Translations under genes and position numbers: made by a program
Assembly (NCBI RefSeq): GCF_000281045.1
Contig: NW_008246103.1
Span: 212,582-276,581 of the forward strand
Direction: 5' to 3'
DNA length: 64,000 nucleotides
DNA from: Saprolegnia diclina VS20
Lineage: Eukaryota
The notes under the pieces: model-generated
Told to the model about the DNA's origin: nothing
Database searches by the model: none
The model's input: the letters and a program-made list of their open reading frames with translations, nothing else
Part shown: positions 57,856 through 64,000 of the stretch, piece by piece
How the letters are laid out: each line of letters opens with the position of its first letter
Numbering within the stretch: position 1 is the stretch's first letter

Positions 57856-60800
57856 TTATGGCGACACGACGAGCACCGGACACGTCGCCACCGACGGTGC
57901 CGACACGCCCAAAGGCACTGTGCCGAGAACCGTCGCGTCGACGCGGCTACCAAGGATCGGGCACGTCATCGTGCGCCGATCGGTCGGCGGCGTCTCGACC
58001 GCATGCACGAGCAGCTTGACGGAAGCTTCGTGGCCAGCAATCGTGTCAATGCCAAGCGCGGCATTGGGCGCCGCATTGAGGAGCGTGAGCCCCGTGAGGA
58101 CCATAGACTCGTACCGCCGCTGCCCATTGGGGATCGATGCCGAGGCCGCAAAGACGTCGACGACGACGCAGACCTGTGCCACGTCGCGATTGCTCTGCAC
58201 GCCGTAAGTGAGCAGGAACGTTTCGAGTAGCTCCTAGTCCAACGTTAAGAGACTCGCCATGGAGACGACATGGTGTACATCAAGCGACGGCACACTCGGG
58301 CAGTACCACTCGACATGGTCTTCGTCCCACCACGCTTGCAGAAACGCAGCGTGGCGCTCCATCACATCCAAGTAGCTCGAAAGCGACATGGTGCCAACGC
58401 GCAGGCCATGCATGGCGAACCGCGATGGCACGTGGTCTTGCAGCAGCAGCGTCATGTCCGACGTAGCTTGGGAGGGCAGTTCACTGTAGCGTACACCCGA
58501 TGGCGGTGCGAGCGCTTGCAGTGTCGCTGTCAACGTGGCCATGTCGCTTTGGTACAATCGCACGACCGCTTTGCAGAGACTGCGCATCGGCGTCGGCTTG
58601 TTGCTCGCATTGCGCGGGTGCAGTTTGAGCACGAGTGGACTCGGCAGTCGCTCTTGGAGGCAGTGCAGAAAGTTGGCAAACGCAGCCACGACGTCGTCCT
58701 GGACGCGGTGCTCGGTCGATAGCAGTACGTGGTGCACGTTGGGTGTTGCCAGCGGGGCCCAAACACGAACATCGGGCCACTCGAACGACGCAGTCGATGC
58801 GAATTCGCAGAGGAGACGGACATAGTCCTCTGCCGAGAGCGCCTGTCGATCGTGAAAGAGCCCATAAAAGCTGTGCAGCGGCAACTGAAAGCGTGATTGC
58901 AGCCGTGACGCGTCCATCGTCACGAGGTGTTGGCCCAGCACCTCGGTCAAGAGCATCTCAAGCAGCTCTAACCCGCGGTCGGTCTTGCACTTGCGGCGGT
59001 ACACGCTACGTAAAAGACGCTGGCGCAAGCGAGGCCAGTCGACGCCGCTAAACGGGTCGGGCGCGTCGTCGCGCCGCCGGGCATACAGTCGCATTAGCGC
59101 TGAGAGCACCGGTCCGACAAGCTCGAGCACGCTGAGTGTCAAATCGCTCGGATCTACTTGGGCCACGTCGACCGTCGCGCCAATGACCGTCTCGTGTCGC
59201 ACCTAGCAGACACGTAGGCTCTTACGATCGCGTCGCTGCAACGTACCAGGAGCGCAGCATGAAAGAAGCAAAGGCTGCAGAGGACGCGCCAGATCACAAT
59301 GCCTAGGGTGCTACGAGCACCGTCGGTGAGCGGCGCCCCGAGAAGCCCGTCGGCGACGCGCGGCGAGAACGGGATCGACGCCAGCTGCAGGACAGCCTCG
59401 CGGAGCGCCCGGGCAAAGGGTGGGACGCGCGGTGGCGCCATCGTCCAGAGATGCGGTGCAATCGTGGAAGGCACGGTCGTCGTTGGGTGCCACACGTGCA
59501 AGGTAGCCGCATCGGCCATCGCCGACGGCGCCGGTGGCGCTTCGTCACGGGCGAGTGCCCCCACGAGTCTCTCGTCATGCCGGTAGTGCTGCGTATACGC
59601 GTGCAGCCGGTCGGGGTCTGCAATGTAGAGACAGCGCCAGCTGTACTGCGTTAGCATGAGCGGCGTGTTGTCGTCGAGGTGCAAAAGCTGCTGAATGGAC
59701 GCGACGCAGAGGAGCTTTTGGTTCCAGCTCAAGTCGAACGCGGGTAGGGTAAACGGCTCGTCCGGCGCGGCGAGCGGAGGACGCTGGAGAAGCGAGTGCA
59801 GCGCCTTGTGCTGCGCTGGCATCGGCGTCGTCATGTCCAAAATGAGTGCGAGGTAGGAGCGCGAGGTCGGGAGCGCGGGTGTTACGATGCTGCGATAGTA
59901 GGGCGCTAGCTCCTTCGACGACCCTTGCAGGTACCACACTGTGGGCGGCAGCCGCATCTCGAGCTTCCCAAGCCCAAGGGTTGTCGCGACAAACTCGGTT
60001 GTGAAGCTCACGAGCCGCGGCGACGGCCAGAGCAGCTGCAAGAGGAGGGCCATCTGGACCGCGGATGGACAGGCAGCGACCAAGTAGGCACTCAGCACCT
60101 CGATCGTGTCGTGGCCCTCTGGCCGTGGCCGGCGTCGCTTGGCCGCTGGCATTTGCTCTTGCAGCGCTGTCAAAAGGTCGTCGGCCGTACTCGCTTGGAG
60201 GAGCTTGAGAAGGTGCGGGCTCGTTGCATTGGCAAGGCTGCGGGGTAGGAAGACACTGAGTTGCAGCTGCGTGTAGCTGCGCAGTCCGCTTGTGGTTGTC
60301 GACGCGGCCGTGGACGGTATCGAGAGAGCACCAGATGCTGGTCGAGGTGGGACGTTGTCGTCGTGCCAGCGGAGTGCCAGTCGCCATAGGAACGCTGGCC
60401 ATTCGGAGGCGTCGATCGCGAGCGCGAGGTGGTCCAGAGCGAGCGCAAGCCATTCTTCCGGGGACCGCCACTTGTCCGGCACCTATGCACGCTGTGAGAC
60501 AGTCTTCGACATGCAACAGCAACCAGAAGCTGGAGGTAGAGCTTGCGATAGCCGTTGAGCGGCAGCGGCAATGGCGTTGGCAGCGCCGCAAAGACGTGGG
60601 CACCGAGGCGCGCCAAGCGCTGGCTCGCTGCCGACTTGTACACGTTGAGGGCGGTCGCCAGTGCCGCTTCGTCGTCGGCCATCGCGGACCGAATCCGCAT
60701 ATTGTGTGCGCAGAGGTCCTTGAGCTTGTCCATGTCAGCGGCCGTAAACTTGAGGGTTGCTAGCTACGTCATGGGGTATATACCGATACTTTGAACATGG

Positions 60801-63800
60801 ACAAGTTGTACAATGTCGCGAAGATGGTGCATGACGCTGTCGTGTCCGTCGCGGAGCTCGAGCATCGCGGCTTGAAGGCTGCGGGTTGCGCAACCGGCGC
60901 TCTTGCGACTGGCGTTGGCGACATTCTCACGGCACATGTCGTCCAGCAGCATCGCCTACCACTCTCAGTGTATGCTTGTCGAGTAGCAGCATCTACCTCG
61001 ACTGTGTCGGCCGCGAGGGCAGCGTCGACGACGAGTCCGTCATAGTCGCCAAAGGCGGCTGACGGCAGACGGGAGGTGCATACAAGGCGGCACTTACGTG
61101 CCGCGTCCTCGGCGCGCGTCACGGCATCCGCCACCTAATGCGATAGTTCAACATCATCCGTCTTCGAGGGCTCACACGTACGGTCGGGAACGTTGTCGGA
61201 GTCACATCGTGGACGACAACCGAAGCGCCCGACGTAGCACACGCCTCGAGAACGGCACTTATCTCCTTTGCCGTCGCCTGCACGACGCTGGGTGCGTCGT
61301 CAACCGAGAGCACATTGAGCAGTAGAGTGTCCATCTCGGTCGACAGATTCGTGATCAAAACGACACTCACCGCATGCGCCAGCGCGACAGCGGTTGTCAT
61401 GTGCACGCCCGAATGAAAGAGGCCAATGCCAAAGAGCCAGCGCGCCCAGGGCGGCGGAGCTCCGTCGGCAACGATCGACAGCGTCGGGTGGACGCGGTAG
61501 GCCGCCGAGACATCGGTGCGCCAGTGGTGCAGCAGCGTCACGCGCGCCTCCCGATGGACGCTGGGCATGTAGACAACAATCGCGGCGGTCAACGCAGCTT
61601 CGACCAAGAGCGTCGTCTCCATCTCGAGCATCTATGCGTTCTCTTCATGCAACATGTGGAGCAGAGATAACGGTACCGCATCCAGCGAAGCCGTCATGGC
61701 AGCCGTCTCGACTGCTAGCAGCGAGAGCACAGCCGCGCCTTGCCGGGCCACATACCGAGCACTCTCAATGTGCTCCTGCAGCTCTTTCTACACATCGCAG
61801 CCTGCGTGACAGGCTCACTACAGACGTGCAAACCTTGGCTTGCATATCAATTTGAATCTTGGTTTCGAGGTCGGTTGACGCCGCATCGGCCGCGTCGAGC
61901 TGCGCTTGGCACTCGGTAAAAGCCTTGACGAGCTCGCGGAGGGTGGCCTGCGACGACGCAAGGAGGTCGAGCTTGGGCTGCACGAGCTTGCGCACGCGGC
62001 TGTACTCGTAGATGGCCGAGATCCACACAACCATGGTGCTTGCGGCCACACTTTGCTTGACGACTTCGTCTTTGGTGAAGCTCGGGTCGTCCATGAACGG
62101 CGACAACTTGTCCAAAATCGCATCCGACACCGTGTCCTACACCTGCTTTCCATACACATTATCGACATGAGCCCGTCGTACTTTGTTGTAGCCAATGAGC
62201 GTCGAGACAAAGTTGACGTCGCTCAAAAGTCGCCGGGCATTCTCCCAGCTCGGGTCGACGTCAAAGAGGACACACACAGCGTTCAACACGAGGTGCACCA
62301 GCAGCGGCGGATGAATGAACGACTTGATCTCGGTGATATAGCGCTTGTCCAAGGACGCAACCGCCACGTTCGCATCGTCCAGCGTCCGGAGGGCGTCCTT
62401 GAGATCGGTCTGCGTCGCGTGGTCCATCTCATTCGTGGCTGCGACATGCGCATCAACGTCCAATTTTTGCTCCCGCATACGATGGCGCAACTACAAAGCA
62501 CAGTGCGTCTCTTAGCTCCAACGTGTCGGCTACGAACATACTTGATCCGCGCTCAGTTGGTGCGTGGAGAGCACCGTCTTTTTCGCAGCGATGCCGGCGA
62601 CCGTCGTCTCCATCGTGGCGACCAGTGTCGCTTCGGTTGCCTGGGCGTGGTCCACCTGCAGCGTCATATACGTACACAATTGTCAGTGGAGCGGATCGCA
62701 CCTCGGCACGGAGCTTGGCGACAAGCTCGAGGTACGCTTTGGGTCGCACCACATGGGCATCCACGTCGGCCGAGAGGCGCTCGAGCGAAGCAAATACCTG
62801 ATGGGCAAAGAGGGCGATGCTTTGTAAAGCCATACCGCCCGTAGTGATTGCCGAGGCGGAGATGTAGCACATGGCGCCGATCGCGGCCAAGACCTCAACG
62901 TCCTTCTCGACGAGAAGGACGCGCGACTGATGGCGTTGCCACGCCCGAACCACGTGGCCGCGGCAGATCGCATGGACCGACGGGTGGGGCATCGCCGACG
63001 CCGTGGCAATGGGCACTGCGGTCGCGAGCTTGGGCGCGCGCTGCACGAGACGCCGAAGGTCCTCGGGTGTCACGACGACAACGACGCGGAGGTTGCGCTG
63101 CGCCGCACGCAAAATGTCCGCCCAGATCCCCGCCAAGACACCGTTGGCTTTGGTGATGGGCAAGACCGATGCGAGGTTGACATCGACGTTGGCTTCAAAC
63201 TGCCGCAGCAAGTCGTCCGTCTCGCCGTGCTGTACGTTGAGAAGCGCGTCGTGTTGCTTTTGCAGCTTTGGCTCGAGCGACGCTTCCGGTTTGTCGCCAA
63301 TGAGACTGGTGAGCTGCTCGGCGTGCTGGTGCGTCAAGTGTGCGAGCTTGTCGTCGCGCACCTGCCGCGCCATCTATGTACAATAGTGCCATCAATGGAC
63401 GAGACGCAGGCTGTGCGTACGGCGTCTTGGTCGTCGGCAGAAAAGAGCAATGGCACTTCGCGGCCCAAAAGCAGCTGCACGAGATCGTCGAGTGAGCGCT
63501 CGGACATGTGCACGCTGTGTTCTACAACGAGCGTCACGTCGCATTGCTCGACGCCGGCGCAGCGCACGCCGCACTTCAGCAGGTGCCGCCAGCTCTCGTC
63601 GCCTCCCTACGCCCCAGTCGAGGTGGACTGCAAGCAAGATCGCAGCACGTGCCGTGTAGTGCAACATTCGATGCCCTAGGAGGTGGGCCGCCGATGCCAC
63701 GAGTGATGACTTGCCGCAGCCAATCTCGCCCACATAGAGGCACTGACGTCCTTGGGCGCCAAGAAGTCGACAAAGGCGCAAGAGTGGCAGTACCTAAGAC

Positions 63801-64000
63801 AGGATGAGAGCGCGATCGATGTCGATAGAATCACCGCACCGCGGACGGGGTGAGGACGTAGGACGGCGGGGTGTGCGGCGCCAAGGCCGCTTGAAGACGG
63901 CCAATGTCGGCTTCAACCGCGTCGCTGCCCGTGGCAAGCTCTCCGTAGACATGCGTATCGCGAGGCTCCATGGGCGGTGGCAGTGACACGGGCGACGTCG
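57856..64000 (-). CDS. Divergent dynein heavy chain-like gene (DNHD1-like), 3' part from AAA4 through stalk/MTBD to the C-terminus; multi-exon, continues beyond the window
   Basis: AAA4-type P-loop LYVGEIGCGKSSL. Stalk/MTBD LDKRYITEIKSFIHPPLLVHLVLNAVCVLF..PSWENARRLL..FVSTLIGYNK/D....F..DEV.KQSVAASTMVVWISAIYEY..V.PK. Post-stalk LVEAALTAAIVVY. Confidence 0.75.

Overview
Eukaryotic, gene-dense, GC-rich genomic DNA with many very short (about 45-55 nt) GT-AG introns. Gene content and intron size point to an oomycete, probably Saprolegniales (inference). About 28 protein-coding loci can be supported: a TBC-WW-rhodanese protein, a ZZ zinc-finger protein, an IQ/WW protein, an acylated CaMKK/GRIK-like kinase fused to a PP2C phosphatase, a STE11-like kinase, a SANBR/KIAA1841 homolog, a monoglyceride lipase, a VWA protein, three tandem F-box-like/LRR paralogs, a bZIP-like factor, eIF2B-gamma, AASDH, a PAP2 phosphatase, a TMEM198-like protein, an M3 oligopeptidase, three membrane-anchored papain-like proteases, a 1757-aa internally duplicated membrane protein, a METTL21-like methyltransferase, PDH E2 (DLAT), two small proteins, a gene end cut by the left window edge and the 3' part of a divergent dynein heavy chain. 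The strongest non-genic signals are two. First, a 430-460 bp foldback element occurs twice, has nested terminal palindromes and co-varying arms, and follows the same gene 3' end each time. Second, the motif TCCGGATAC(G) recurs just upstream of six genes and shares its core with the foldback termini. No rRNA, tRNA, CRISPR array or transposase was recognised. Exon boundaries were read by eye and are approximate.
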